Virus record (IMG/VR): IMGVR_UViG_3300017766_003987
Location: 32,001 to 96,000 of that record
DNA from: a virus
Length of the DNA: 64,000 nt
Reading direction: 5' to 3' (one strand)
Part shown: positions 35,721-45,904 of the stretch, one piece after another
Layout of the letters: each line of letters opens with the position of its first letter
Position numbering within the stretch: the stretch's first letter is position 1
Notes under the pieces: model-generated
The model's input: the letters and a program-made list of their open reading frames with translations, nothing else
What the model was told of the DNA's origin: nothing
Database searches by the model: none
Program-made: the position numbers and the translations under genes

Positions 35721-36398
35721 ATGCCGACTGCAACCCCCTCGCTCGATGATTTCCGTGCCGAAGCAACTGCCCGTCGTGAGGCAACCCGAACCTCTCTTCA
35801 GATGCGGCAGGATACGTTCATTCAGCGCAACCCAGGTGTGGTTGAAGGTCTTCGCGAATGCGCTTCGTGGAACGACTTCAGCGCATCGCTGGTCGAACAG
35901 TTTGAGCGCAAGGGTGATCTTTCGGTCAACCAGCTCGCTGCCGCAAACCGCATGCTCGAGAAAATCGCCGCCAACAAGAAGGCTCGTGAGGCGTCCACAG
36001 AAAGTGCAGCAACTCGGTCGGGCGAAGTCGACATGTCGGCGATCCGTGAGCTGTTTGCTACCGCTCAGAACAACGGTCTCAAAAAGCCGAAGTTCTACGC
36101 GGGGGATGTGAAGATCTCGCTTGCGCCTGTCAACGGCAAAAATGCCGGCGCGCTCTACGTGACGCGTGACCCGGACGTGTATCAGGGCAAGATCTTCGGC
36201 GACGCCTTTAACGCTGCCCGTGATTGCGCGCCCGACACGCTCGAGGTTCTCAAGGCGATCAGCAAGGACCCCGCGGAATATGCTCGCATGACGGGCAAGG
36301 CAACGGGCCGTTGCTGCTGTTGCGGTCGTGAGCTCACCGATCCGGAATCGATTGCCAATGGAATCGGCCCGATCTGCGCTGAGAAGTGGGGGCTGTAA
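35721..36398 (+). CDS. DUF6011-domain protein
   Basis: C-terminal GRCCCCGRELTDPESIANGIGPICA. Confidence 0.75.
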   Translation: MPTATPSLDDFRAEATARREATRTSLQMRQDTFIQRNPGVVEGLRECASWNDFSASLVEQFERKGDLSVNQLAAANRMLEKIAANKKAREASTESAATRSGEVDMSAIRELFATAQNNGLKKPKFYAGDVKISLAPVNGKNAGALYVTRDPDVYQGKIFGDAFNAARDCAPDTLEVLKAISKDPAEYARMTGKATGRCCCCGRELTDPESIANGIGPICAEKWGL

Positions 36399-36522
36399 TG
36401 GCCCCTGCCCACAAGCCGCCTGTGATCATCACCGAGTGGACATATAACAAGTCGAAACTCAACGACTTTAAGCGTAAGTTGATCATACACCGCGCAAACG
36501 ACAACCGAGAGCAGGCGATCAA

Positions 36523-36828
36523 ATGACCCGACTTATCCCCGTATCGGAATGGCAATGGGACCTCTGGAAGGTGACCTATCACACCACGCCCGAGGGGCCG
36601 GCTGAGCCCGGCTATGATCGCTATCTCGTGAGCACTGACACTCACGTTCAGGGCGAGGTCTGCGAAGGCGACCGTTGGCCCAGCCCGCATCTCAATTATG
36701 CGCGGTGGGAACCCGTTGCCGAGAAGGTCCGAGCTCCCCGCGCCGTTGGATCGTACTACGGTCAAACGTTGTATGAAGACGGATGGGCCGCAGGTGAGCG
36801 CGAAGCGCAGGAACGCAAGCTGAAATGA
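36523..36828 (+). CDS. hypothetical protein
   Basis: ORF in a packed run. Confidence 0.5.
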   Translation: MTRLIPVSEWQWDLWKVTYHTTPEGPAEPGYDRYLVSTDTHVQGEVCEGDRWPSPHLNYARWEPVAEKVRAPRAVGSYYGQTLYEDGWAAGEREAQERKLK

Positions 36829-37013
36829 GTATCGTTCGAAGGAATCTCATGACGATAGTAGGGTATGCACCTTATTGCGGTAACATGCGTTGCAGCAATC
36901 GGATGCCGCGTACCTACTTCGTCAACGGACAGTTCCAATGCTCGTGCGGTTGGCGCTCGTCTTTCGAGCCCGAGTTCATCGCTGAGTACAAAGCCAAATG
37001 GGGATTAGAATGA
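36825..37013 (+). CDS. small Cys-rich protein
   Basis: PYCG..C..CSCGW. Confidence 0.55.
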   Translation: MSIVRRNLMTIVGYAPYCGNMRCSNRMPRTYFVNGQFQCSCGWRSSFEPEFIAEYKAKWGLE

Positions 37014-37270
37014 GCAAGCAAATGACCGGACCCTGCTACATGACCAAAGAAGCCCTCGAGACGCCGTCCGAGGGTTCGGAGGTCATGCTCAACTATTGGT
37101 GGTGGGAAAAGGACGGCCAAATCCTTGACTACGTCATGAATGGACAGCATTGTGCGCAAGCCAACAAGTCCAAAGCTGTCATGGATCACATGGTCGAACA
37201 TGGGCACAAGTTGTATGCGAACCATACACCCATGTTGATCCCCGTCGCTTATTATCCGAGGTCCAGATGA
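37010..37270 (+). CDS. hypothetical protein
   Basis: ATGA overlap. Confidence 0.5.
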   Translation: MSKQMTGPCYMTKEALETPSEGSEVMLNYWWWEKDGQILDYVMNGQHCAQANKSKAVMDHMVEHGHKLYANHTPMLIPVAYYPRSR

Positions 37271-37758
37271 CCGCATCCGAATTGCTCAAGCTGGTTGAAC
37301 AAGCTGCGGGTTATGAGCGCGAACTAAACGGAATGCTTCAGTGCTTGCATAGGGGTTGGCGCTTCATTCGCTTCGCTGGCGATAACGACTATGCCTCAGC
37401 CTACCTTGACGTGGAACCTGGTCCTGAGAATGAAGGACGGGGCGGCAAGGTTCATCGCGGAACGATGATCTTTTACATTCCGTATCCTGCGGTTGGTCAT
37501 TATCATTATCAACAATGGTCAGGAGAGCATCCACTCTACACGACAGACATAAATACCGCATTGGCATTTGCCTGCAATTGGTTCCCTGAGTACGACTACG
37601 TGCTCGAGAAGACAAATGGTGGTTTGACGATCTCGTGTCTGTTCGGTACGCTCGATCCCAACAAACGAGTATTCGGCAACAACTTGGCCCTTGCCATCAT
37701 CGCCGCGACGCTCAAAGAATTGATCGAAAGGTTCCCTGATGTCCATCGTCCCAACTGA
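37267..37758 (+). CDS. hypothetical protein
   Basis: GAGG SD before MTASELL. Confidence 0.55.
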   Translation: MTASELLKLVEQAAGYERELNGMLQCLHRGWRFIRFAGDNDYASAYLDVEPGPENEGRGGKVHRGTMIFYIPYPAVGHYHYQQWSGEHPLYTTDINTALAFACNWFPEYDYVLEKTNGGLTISCLFGTLDPNKRVFGNNLALAIIAATLKELIERFPDVHRPN

Positions 37759-38014
37759 CCGCGAAAAGAAGAACCTCGAGTTCATCCGAAACGTTGAAGC
37801 TTGGCCCCGTTGGCCTGAGCTTCCTGTGGTTGGGAGCCGTGATCGTCAGCGAAGTGGCATGATCTTTGCCGGTGATTTGCGCAACGTGTATCACGTCAAC
37901 ATCTTCGATCTCGGTGATCGCCCGGGCAAGACCTATCAGGAAAAGCTCGTCGGCGTAAAGTATGATCGTTACGCTTCGACCGAAGAGCTGGTTCGCGATT
38001 GGACGGTTGATTGA
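37739..38014 (+). CDS. hypothetical protein
   Basis: ORF in a packed run. Confidence 0.5.
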   Translation: MSIVPTDREKKNLEFIRNVEAWPRWPELPVVGSRDRQRSGMIFAGDLRNVYHVNIFDLGDRPGKTYQEKLVGVKYDRYASTEELVRDWTVD

Positions 38015-38511
38015 TGGCATGGAAGCTGTGCTGGGATTTCGAGACAAAGAGCTGGGACCGCAAAAAGAAGAAGCCGCTTCGGATCAAAGGCGAGAACACT
38101 GGAGGCCCTTACCCCTACACTGAGGAATCTGCCAAAGCCCTTGCCGAAGACCTGTGCCGAATGTACGGTGATGGTACGCACTGGGCTGAGGAAGTCAAAT
38201 CCGAGGGTAGCACTCGTTAACGACAAGATCAATCCTGAGGATCGCATTCTCGTTCTTCTGCCTGTTGAGAACATTCCCGATGGCGCGACCGTTACGAAGC
38301 GGACCGGCGACAAGGAATATGTTCTTCGTCGGAACATGAAAGTTTACCTCTTGCCGGATGCGCCTGATCGGACTATCGAGATCGAAGGCTTCTTTCTCGG
38401 TGCGGACGGTGAAGTACGTCAAGTGCAAGAAGGTACTCTTCTTCATTGGAACATATGTGCTGAAGACTTCGTTGACGAGATGCAGCGCAGTTGGCATGAA
38501 AGAGTTGAACA

Positions 38512-38916
38512 GTGACACGCGTAGCCGGACCCATGTTTGCAGCTTGTGAGGATCTCATCAAGTTGTACGTTCTCGAGAATAACAACCGTCAAGGGTATCT
38601 TGAACGTGTAACCTTTCACGTCGATGTAGAAAGCTGGCAAGCGATCTTGGCCCTGGAAGACATGGGCATGAGGTCGGCCATCTCGATGTTTGGTAGGGGG
38701 TTAGCGAGTTGGGCTAACGTGCCGGTAAAGACAGTTCACACAAAGAATCTGTCTAGCGACATGAGTGCAATTCCCAAAGGTTACGGTCCGATCTCGAAAC
38801 ATACGACAATCGAGGATAACGGAATGCCTCAGATGCTAACCCTTGAATGCATCGACCAGCGTACCAAGCGCGTCGTCTACATCAATCACCCTCACAATCC
38901 GCCCGAATACCAGTAA
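38512..38916 (+). CDS. hypothetical protein
   Basis: GTGA overlap. Confidence 0.5.
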   Translation: MTRVAGPMFAACEDLIKLYVLENNNRQGYLERVTFHVDVESWQAILALEDMGMRSAISMFGRGLASWANVPVKTVHTKNLSSDMSAIPKGYGPISKHTTIEDNGMPQMLTLECIDQRTKRVVYINHPHNPPEYQ

Positions 38917-38997
38917 ACGCGCCCCGCGCACTTCGCCGTCACGGGGGTCCCGCCCCTCGCCCCTGTATCGCCTCACCCTGTGGAAGGAATCGCCTCA

Positions 38998-39441
38998 ATG
39001 AACGTCAATCACCTCAAGCGCGAGATGTATAAAGCTCGTATAGCCGAGCTCAGCGGCGCGCTTGAATTGGCGCTTGCCATTCTGATCAAGCTTGAGCCGC
39101 CTGACAGTCGCGCGGTGTCGGATCATTTCGTTGCGATGGCCGCAATTCACGCGGGTGGGGATATCGTTAGCGATGCCGCTCGACAGATCGTCAAAGACAT
39201 GCTTGAGAAGATTAAGCAGGACGAAGAGATCAAAGACATCGTTATCGCTTGCGGGGAACCCGAGCCATTTTCGATGTATGACGAAGAAGGCGTCGAGGGT
39301 TGGCTCTGGACCCACCCCGACGGCCGGCAATGGTCTGAAATGGGCTCATGGGACAAACCCGCTCCCCCTCATCCCGCGTTAGCCAATCTGAACTATTCAA
39401 TCCGGATCGGCGACGTTGAAATTCAGGTGACATCCAATTGA
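38998..39441 (+). CDS. hypothetical protein
   Basis: AAGGA SD before MNVNH. Confidence 0.55.
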   Translation: MNVNHLKREMYKARIAELSGALELALAILIKLEPPDSRAVSDHFVAMAAIHAGGDIVSDAARQIVKDMLEKIKQDEEIKDIVIACGEPEPFSMYDEEGVEGWLWTHPDGRQWSEMGSWDKPAPPHPALANLNYSIRIGDVEIQVTSN

Positions 39442-39740
39442 GGTACATTATTGCTCAGCAAATGCGAATGGCGGCTAACATCATTCGTGTTGAACTCAAA
39501 GATTGGAAGCTCGTAAATCGAGCCCGATTTGAGTATACGGATTCCGATGGCGAGCTGGTAAGGATCATCAGCGGCTCAGGTCATTCCCTTCAAGGAATTC
39601 GATTTGATCGACTGTACCTTGCTCATGGATGGCGAGAAGCTATGAGTGAAAGTGAGCGAGCAGAACTTTTTCAAGTGGCTCGAGCTTTCAACGCTCGGAT
39701 CACCTATGTCTACCGAAACGGAGAAATGCGAGATGCCTAG
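39438..39740 (+). CDS. hypothetical protein
   Basis: Overlapping start/stop. Confidence 0.5.
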   Translation: MRYIIAQQMRMAANIIRVELKDWKLVNRARFEYTDSDGELVRIISGSGHSLQGIRFDRLYLAHGWREAMSESERAELFQVARAFNARITYVYRNGEMRDA

Positions 39741-39954
39741 GAAGTTTCTTGTGCTTAAGCAGCGCATTTTGGACGGTGAAACTTATGCCGAAGTAGGCGA
39801 CATTGTCTACGATCAACAAACGCATGACTACGGTTTAGCGAATGAAGATTCTCGCATAACTGGCATCGAGCATCGCAGCGTAACAAAGAACGAAGACGGA
39901 GGCTACCCTGGCTTCACTATCTCGGTTTTTGACATTGAGGAGCTCAAAGAATGA
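39733..39954 (+). CDS. hypothetical protein
   Basis: DYGLANEDSRITGIEHRSVT motif. Confidence 0.5.
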   Translation: MPRKFLVLKQRILDGETYAEVGDIVYDQQTHDYGLANEDSRITGIEHRSVTKNEDGGYPGFTISVFDIEELKE

Positions 39955-40500
39955 GCTGGTTCCGTGCGCAACGCATCCACAGGATGCCGCTTTCACCTGA
40001 AGAGCGCAAGATCATCGATGAGGCCTGCTATGCCGCTGTCGAGCGAGCGATCTGCCCGAGGCCGGCAACGCATGATCTGCGCGTCAACAAGGTCGCCTGA
40101 CTTGAGCAAATCTTTTTCTGATCGCTGGGAGCGCAAGCCAAAAGGTTCGGGCGCCATCTGGAAGCACCCTTTGCTGGCGCATGCCATTGTTGACACTCGA
40201 GGGTTCGGGTCCAACGCACGAATCTCATACAAGAACGAACGCTTCGACACAGTAGTGCAAGCGAAGCTTTATGCGGAAGAGGAATATGAACGTAGCGCAA
40301 ATGGGTGACGCGGCAGACGACGTTTACGAATCTGAGATGCGCCAAGAGGCGCTTGAGGATGCTTGGATGAAAGGTATTCGAGACGCTTGCGAATACTCGA
40401 TCCTCGGTCGCAAGCCTTGCCGGGTCGTATCGAATTGGCGTCCACAGGGAGATGCCGCGCCTTATCGGTGCGCTCACTGCAACAAGGAATTTGACTACCC

Positions 40501-40881
40501 GTGAACTGTCCTGTATGCCATAAAGGCAATATCCGCGTTATCGATAGCCGATCAACTCGGATCCGCGTAGGACACGCAGCCTCGGATTCACCTGCTATTC
40601 GACGGCGACGCAAATGCCTATCATGCGCTCACACTTGGACGACTTACGAAGTCTCCGAGGGCGTATGGATGGGATATCGAGGGAACGTTAGTCTCGGTGG
40701 GATAATCGGTCAGGCGAGGCGAAGGGGGTTTATCGTGCCTCCCGGGCTTCGCGATAAATACACTAACCTTAGACGCAACAAAGCTATGACCGCAAATGAA
40801 GCCGCCAAAGCACTGGGGATCATGAATGAGGATGGAACGGTGAAGAGGCAATTTCTTCCCCCTTCACCAAAAAGCACCTAG
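40501..40881 (+). CDS. NrdR-like zinc-ribbon protein lacking the ATP cone
   Basis: MNCPVC..RVIDSR..AIRRRRKCLSC..WTTYE. Confidence 0.7.
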   Translation: MNCPVCHKGNIRVIDSRSTRIRVGHAASDSPAIRRRRKCLSCAHTWTTYEVSEGVWMGYRGNVSLGGIIGQARRRGFIVPPGLRDKYTNLRRNKAMTANEAAKALGIMNEDGTVKRQFLPPSPKST

Positions 40882-41384
40882 ACGCTTCCTAAGGCGACCA
40901 CTCCCAAAAACGCAAGCGTCATGATCGAACCAGCGATGAACATGCTAATGCCAACCGCGAGTATCCACCATCGCATTGACACGGGTTCGATGTCTTCTTT
41001 GGTGTTTAGGGGCGTAAGAAGCAACGAACTCGCCGACAAGAAGAACCCCACAGTAAAGATTCCACCTATTGGAACATGACGAGACCACTCGCGAAGATCA
41101 TATCCAATAACGATGACTAGGTAGACGAAGTAAGCAAGGCTAACAACCGATCCAAGCCAGACACCGACAAAGATATTATCTGTGCCTGTAGAAATACCTG
41201 TGCGAAGCGAGGCATAAGCACGTTTAGCCCAAGTCAAACAGACCGCAAGGTTAACTCCAATGACTAAAGAGTTGATAACAATTCGAGCATTATCCGGTCC
41301 GTTGGGGAGAGTATAGTGCCCGATAAGATAAAGGATCAGCATAATGAGACTGGCCCAAAGTGCTGCATGAGTTTTGACACCCAT
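40878..41384 (-). CDS. multi-pass membrane protein (lysis region)
   Basis: About five hydrophobic helices. Confidence 0.65.
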   Translation of the reverse strand: MGVKTHAALWASLIMLILYLIGHYTLPNGPDNARIVINSLVIGVNLAVCLTWAKRAYASLRTGISTGTDNIFVGVWLGSVVSLAYFVYLVIVIGYDLREWSRHVPIGGIFTVGFFLSASSLLLTPLNTKEDIEPVSMRWWILAVGISMFIAGSIMTLAFLGVVALGSV

Positions 41385-41389
41385 AGTAG

Positions 41390-41596
41390 CTAAAACCTCC
41401 GAAGCTCCTGGGCCGCTTTTGCGGCAAATAATTCTTGCGACGCTGCGACAGTTCGCTCAGCAGATGTCACCAGGTGGTCGAGCAATATTTTACCTGATGC
41501 CGCTTCCTCGGCTTTTGAGGGATCGGGTACCTCAGCCGGGGCAGTGTTCAATGTGGTTCGGGCACGTCCACCAATTAGAGACATAAACCACCTCAC
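41390..41596 (-). CDS. hypothetical protein
   Basis: GTGA overlap. Confidence 0.45.
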   Translation of the reverse strand: MRWFMSLIGGRARTTLNTAPAEVPDPSKAEEAASGKILLDHLVTSAERTVAASQELFAAKAAQELRRF

Positions 41597-41886
41597 TTGT
41601 CAAGCATCCTTTTCATTAAATCGTGGCTCTGCTCAGCAGCAACCACCATTGAATTACCGAGGGGAATGAGAACTTTTTGATCCTCTACACGCTGTTCCTG
41701 CAACTTCGCATTCAATGCGCGCTCAGCTGATAACTGTTGATCAAACCGATCCTGCTGCCTTATGATCCACCAAAGCAATAACCCGATAATGCCTATCAGC
41801 GGGCCTTGCTGGAACATAGTTCCTATGTCAAACGGGAGCGGCACAGGATTAGCAGCTACAGCTGGGGCTATGACTGTAGGATCCAT
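41593..41886 (-). CDS. holin-like membrane protein
   Basis: Single TM followed by a coiled coil; lysis cassette position. Confidence 0.5.
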   Translation of the reverse strand: MDPTVIAPAVAANPVPLPFDIGTMFQQGPLIGIIGLLLWWIIRQQDRFDQQLSAERALNAKLQEQRVEDQKVLIPLGNSMVVAAEQSHDLMKRMLDK

Positions 41887-41889
41887 TCA

Positions 41890-42417
41890 TCAAAGCCCAG
41901 CTTTCTTCTCTTCGGTACGCTTCCAGATCTGAATGCCGAGAACCGCTAGCGCAGCGACATTCATGAATGTCAAGTACGTAGTGATGTCTTCGAGCTTGAT
42001 GATAGCATCCAGGCGATCAGTCCACAGCAACCACAGGAAGGTGACGATCTGCATGGCGAAGAGCACAGTGTAACTGATAGCGAACAGGGGCCGCCAGATC
42101 CGCGTCAGAAGACCGTCCGCCTTCTGATCGTCGCGGAGCATGGCAACGTAATTGGAGAGGTCACCGGTGCCGATATCGAAGCTCTTGATGACCTGAGATT
42201 CGATGCTCTGAACAATCGGCGCGCTTCCAGCGGGGTCTCGCTCAATGGCGTCGGCCACAGCGTCGGAGGTCGCCGGCGTGCCTAGTTCCTGAGCGAGAGA
42301 CTCAATGATCCCGCCTGCAATTTTGCCGCCTACGCCGCCGACTGCGTTCTCGACCAGGTTCTTGAGCATCGGGGCTCCCGCCTTGAGCAGGGCCCCACCG
42401 AGTTTACCGAGATCCAT
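41890..42417 (-). CDS. GTA-type holin-like protein
   Basis: Gly-rich amphipathic N-terminus, WRP motif, two TMs, RTEEK end. Confidence 0.6.
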   Translation of the reverse strand: MDLGKLGGALLKAGAPMLKNLVENAVGGVGGKIAGGIIESLAQELGTPATSDAVADAIERDPAGSAPIVQSIESQVIKSFDIGTGDLSNYVAMLRDDQKADGLLTRIWRPLFAISYTVLFAMQIVTFLWLLWTDRLDAIIKLEDITTYLTFMNVAALAVLGIQIWKRTEEKKAGL

Positions 42418-42418
42418 T

Positions 42419-43390
42419 TTACGCAATCCTCTTGAGCGCGGGGGCAATTTCGTCCTTGTAGCGAACTGCAAGGTAGACGAGCACGGCAATACCGATTGCG
42501 AGACCGCCCCAGAGCAGAACGTCGCCGATCCAACCAAGATCGCTGACCGGGATCGGGGAATCGGGCAAGGGCACAGCGTCGCCGGCCTTCGTCCCTCCCT
42601 CAATCGCTCCACCAGCGACCGCGCCGCCCCCAACGCCCCCTGTTACGAGACCTTTGTCCCTCAACGCAACAGAACGTTGCAGCGCGGAAAGCGTTGCAGG
42701 GCCGATCACACCGTCTTCAGCAAGCTGGCCGTGATCCTTCTGAAAGCGCAGGGTAGCGGCGACCGTGCGTTGACCAGGCACGCCGTCAGCGGGGCCCGGC
42801 GAGTAGCCGAGCTTCTCGAGCCACTTCTGCGCCTGAGCAATATCCTGCTGGATTGTGTGGGTCTGCGGTACTTCACCGAGATTCCACGGCTTGACCCAAG
42901 CAGGCCAATTCCCTGTGGACGCAATATCCGCTTCTTCGCCGCGACGCTTGACGAGGCCCGGCAACTTCTTGCCTCGAGCGGTCGTGCCGGTCGTGCGCCA
43001 ACGAGCAATGCCCATTGCGCGCTTGCCCTGAGCGATCAGGGACGCCCAGTCCCAAGCGAGCGCGCCTGTCCCACAATTGAAGAGCATGGAACCGGCTGCG
43101 GCGACGAGCTCGCCGCGTTCATTGGGGAATTTTGCTTCAGCAGGCGGTACGTATTCTTTGGACAGCACAAGCTGAAGCAGTTCAAATGCTTCAGCCTCGG
43201 TCAACGTATCACCGAGTTTCAGCTTCCCAGTGCCGCGATGCTTCGCCCACCAGTCACGGAATATCTTGGAACCCCAAGTGAATCCATAACCGATTGTGAC
43301 AACATGCACCGGGTCAAGGTACGCCTTGAGAACTTTGCCCTCATGCCCGCCGACGAACGGCAAGAGATATCGATAAACTGCGACGTCCAT
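42419..43390 (-). CDS. endolysin (GH24 lysozyme + peptidoglycan-binding domain + C-terminal hydrophobic segments)
   Basis: HEG..AYLDPVHVVTIGYG, LPGLVKRRGEE, DGVPGQRT/DGVIGPAT. Confidence 0.88.
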   Translation of the reverse strand: MDVAVYRYLLPFVGGHEGKVLKAYLDPVHVVTIGYGFTWGSKIFRDWWAKHRGTGKLKLGDTLTEAEAFELLQLVLSKEYVPPAEAKFPNERGELVAAAGSMLFNCGTGALAWDWASLIAQGKRAMGIARWRTTGTTARGKKLPGLVKRRGEEADIASTGNWPAWVKPWNLGEVPQTHTIQQDIAQAQKWLEKLGYSPGPADGVPGQRTVAATLRFQKDHGQLAEDGVIGPATLSALQRSVALRDKGLVTGGVGGGAVAGGAIEGGTKAGDAVPLPDSPIPVSDLGWIGDVLLWGGLAIGIAVLVYLAVRYKDEIAPALKRIA

Positions 43391-43479
43391 TAGATAACTC
43401 CGCAACGCAATAGGGGAAATGTTTAGGCGACGTTACGCTCCAACGTCACGGAAGGCAAGGCAGATGCAGAGGCTAAAGA

Positions 43480-45195
43480 TTAGCCCCAAACAGCCGCGGC
43501 GGCAGAATGGTTATTTGTCGTGTTGCTTGCCGTTGCGGTAACTGTTCTCGGGGTCGCCGCGGCTGCTGCTTCAGCCGAGCCCCCTGAGTAACTATTGCTT
43601 CCGCTTTGGATGGCGCCGTCAAAATCTTCTGTTACACCTACCCAAGCAGTGGTTCTCAAACTGCCGATATTGATAACATTACACGCAATGACAATATCAC
43701 CAATCTCAGCATCTACGCTAACTGTTCTGGTTGTGCTCGCCGCGTCCCCGTCGGCAGCTGTATCTTTGGCTGTTGTAGATGCCAGCCCGTTCAGTCTCCA
43801 CACAGCAATACCGAGAACACCGAATGAGCCAGACATGGTGACAACGATATTGCCTGAGGCATTTGCTGGGCCTGCAATCTGCCATAACTCAGCGACTGCA
43901 ACAGAGTTCACTCCTCGTGTTGCTACCTGACTTGCGTTATTACCATCAACAGTTACACTGCTAACGGTTCGACCGGTGCTGCTTCGCCCCATCACACCGA
44001 TGACTAGTAACTGGTGATTGGCACCATAGCCATAAGATGAAAAAGTATAGGTGGTCGATGCTGCGGCATTAACTGCGCTAACAAATGCCGCTGTTGGGTA
44101 TCGAAGATTAACAGCTTGCCCGGTCAGAGAATAGGCACCTTGTCCTGCTGCTATGCTGAGTTGGCGACCCAGTGTTACGTCGATACCTGTGACAACATAG
44201 GATCCTTGACCCGCGATGAGGGGGTACTGCCGGGCAAGTCCTACAGCTTGACCACTGAGCGAGTAGGAGCCTTGCCCAACGTTTAAGAAATAACCAGCTG
44301 AGTAAAGAAGTGTTGCATCCTGCCCCGCCAAGGCATAGGAACCTTGTCCGACGGTGACGGCAAGACCTCGCAAGAAATTAGCGACTTGTCCTGTGACAAC
44401 ATAGCTGCCTTGATTAGCAGCATGCAAAATACTTCTGAGAAGATTTACTGTTTGACCGTTGAGCGTGTAAGTCCCTTGACCGGTCGCTATTACCAGCGCC
44501 CTGATGAAGTTAACTGCTTGCCCTGATAGAACGTAAGTATCGTTCCCAACAAGCATTCCGAAACCTTTGGTCAGATTAACATTTTGACCAGCTAACGCAT
44601 AAGCACCCATAGCGACTGCAATAGGATGATTCCAGTTAAAGTTTACATTTTGCCCACTAAGAATGTATGAGCCAAGACCTGCGAGCTGTTTAAGGTCGCG
44701 TTTGAAATTAATATCTTGCCCGCTTAGCACATAGGAACCGAAATCGGTAACCCCGTTAATGCTCTTGCGAAGGTTAACCGCTTGCCCATTGAGCACGTAA
44801 TTGCCGTTGGCAGCAATTAACGTTCGAGCAGCGAAAATATTAACCGCGAGTCCAGTTACACTATAAGAACCGAAATCGGCGGCCTGTCGAAGCGACTTGA
44901 TAAGGTTCGCGAGCTGTCCAGATACTACATACGAACCTTGATTGGCTGAAAGACGCAGAGCTTTGAAAAGCTGAACCGCAATACCTGTTAAGGTATAGCT
45001 TCCCTGTCCGACTGCTAGATTTATACCCTTATAGAGATTTACCTGCTGACCCCCAACAGAATACGACCCCGCAGCCGCAACTAATTTGTGGCCAATGAGC
45101 AGATTTGCAACTTGCCCGCTCACAGCGTAGGTGCCAGATGCGGCAACCATGAACCATGATGCGGGCTTATTGTAGGGGTTCAGCAGATAGAACAT
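43480..45195 (-). CDS. repeat-rich tail fibre/spike-like protein
   Basis: 16 repeats of about 22 aa (GSYxLxGQxVNL) plus a C-terminal beta-rich domain. Confidence 0.7.
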   Translation of the reverse strand: MFYLLNPYNKPASWFMVAASGTYAVSGQVANLLIGHKLVAAAGSYSVGGQQVNLYKGINLAVGQGSYTLTGIAVQLFKALRLSANQGSYVVSGQLANLIKSLRQAADFGSYSVTGLAVNIFAARTLIAANGNYVLNGQAVNLRKSINGVTDFGSYVLSGQDINFKRDLKQLAGLGSYILSGQNVNFNWNHPIAVAMGAYALAGQNVNLTKGFGMLVGNDTYVLSGQAVNFIRALVIATGQGTYTLNGQTVNLLRSILHAANQGSYVVTGQVANFLRGLAVTVGQGSYALAGQDATLLYSAGYFLNVGQGSYSLSGQAVGLARQYPLIAGQGSYVVTGIDVTLGRQLSIAAGQGAYSLTGQAVNLRYPTAAFVSAVNAAASTTYTFSSYGYGANHQLLVIGVMGRSSTGRTVSSVTVDGNNASQVATRGVNSVAVAELWQIAGPANASGNIVVTMSGSFGVLGIAVWRLNGLASTTAKDTAADGDAASTTRTVSVDAEIGDIVIACNVINIGSLRTTAWVGVTEDFDGAIQSGSNSYSGGSAEAAAAATPRTVTATASNTTNNHSAAAAVWG

Positions 45196-45198
45196 CGA

Positions 45199-45549
45199 TT
45201 ACTCGACAGGGGTATCGACAGGCGCTTCAGCTTCGGTAGATGGATTCTCCGTGTGAAATTTCTGAACGGCTTCGGCGTCATAAGGTTTGTCGCCAGATTC
45301 ACCGGTTTTGCCGCTCAGCGCGTTGGCTAGACGACCTTGCTCGACCTGGAGTTCGTAACGCTTCTGGTGAGCAATTTTCAAAAGTCCAACCAACTCTCGC
45401 TCGCGCTCGATCTTGTAGTTGGAAATCTCTTCAGCTTCAGCCTGAAGCGGTACGAGTTCTTCATCGCACGCTTTGATCTGAGCATCGAGGTCCCAGAAGC
45501 GAGAACGCATTACTTCTGGATCATACGGATTCACTTTGGTTGCCATCAT
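45199..45549 (-). CDS. coiled-coil hypothetical protein
   Basis: GGGAGG SD. Confidence 0.6.
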   Translation of the reverse strand: MMATKVNPYDPEVMRSRFWDLDAQIKACDEELVPLQAEAEEISNYKIERERELVGLLKIAHQKRYELQVEQGRLANALSGKTGESGDKPYDAEAVQKFHTENPSTEAEAPVDTPVE

Positions 45550-45558
45550 GGCCTCCCT

Positions 45559-45903
45559 TTAGCTTTCGATAAGATGAAGTTTTGCAACCTCAGGCTTTCG
45601 CCCTTCGTCAAAACCTCGGCACCAAATCAGCACCGCGTTAGCCGCGTCACCGTGGGTTATGATGTTGAAACCCACAATCTGACCTTCTCTGATCATGCTT
45701 CCATCCGGGGCTGCTCGCCCCGTGGAACGCATATAGTACACTTTTTGCACAAGTGGATGCCATTGAAACTCGCCGTGCATATTGCGGAAGTAAAGAATCT
45801 TTTGTCCGCCGCCCGTAGGATCGGGTTTGATATGCAACGCAGCGGCAACCGCCTCTTGCGTTTTGGGTGCGCCTTGAAGAAGAGTCAGAATGTGGTGTCT
45901 CAC
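45559..45903 (-). CDS. hypothetical protein
   Basis: ORF filling the gap in the late operon; GTG start inferred. Confidence 0.5.
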   Translation of the reverse strand: MRHHILTLLQGAPKTQEAVAAALHIKPDPTGGGQKILYFRNMHGEFQWHPLVQKVYYMRSTGRAAPDGSMIREGQIVGFNIITHGDAANAVLIWCRGFDEGRKPEVAKLHLIES

Positions 45904-45904
45904 A

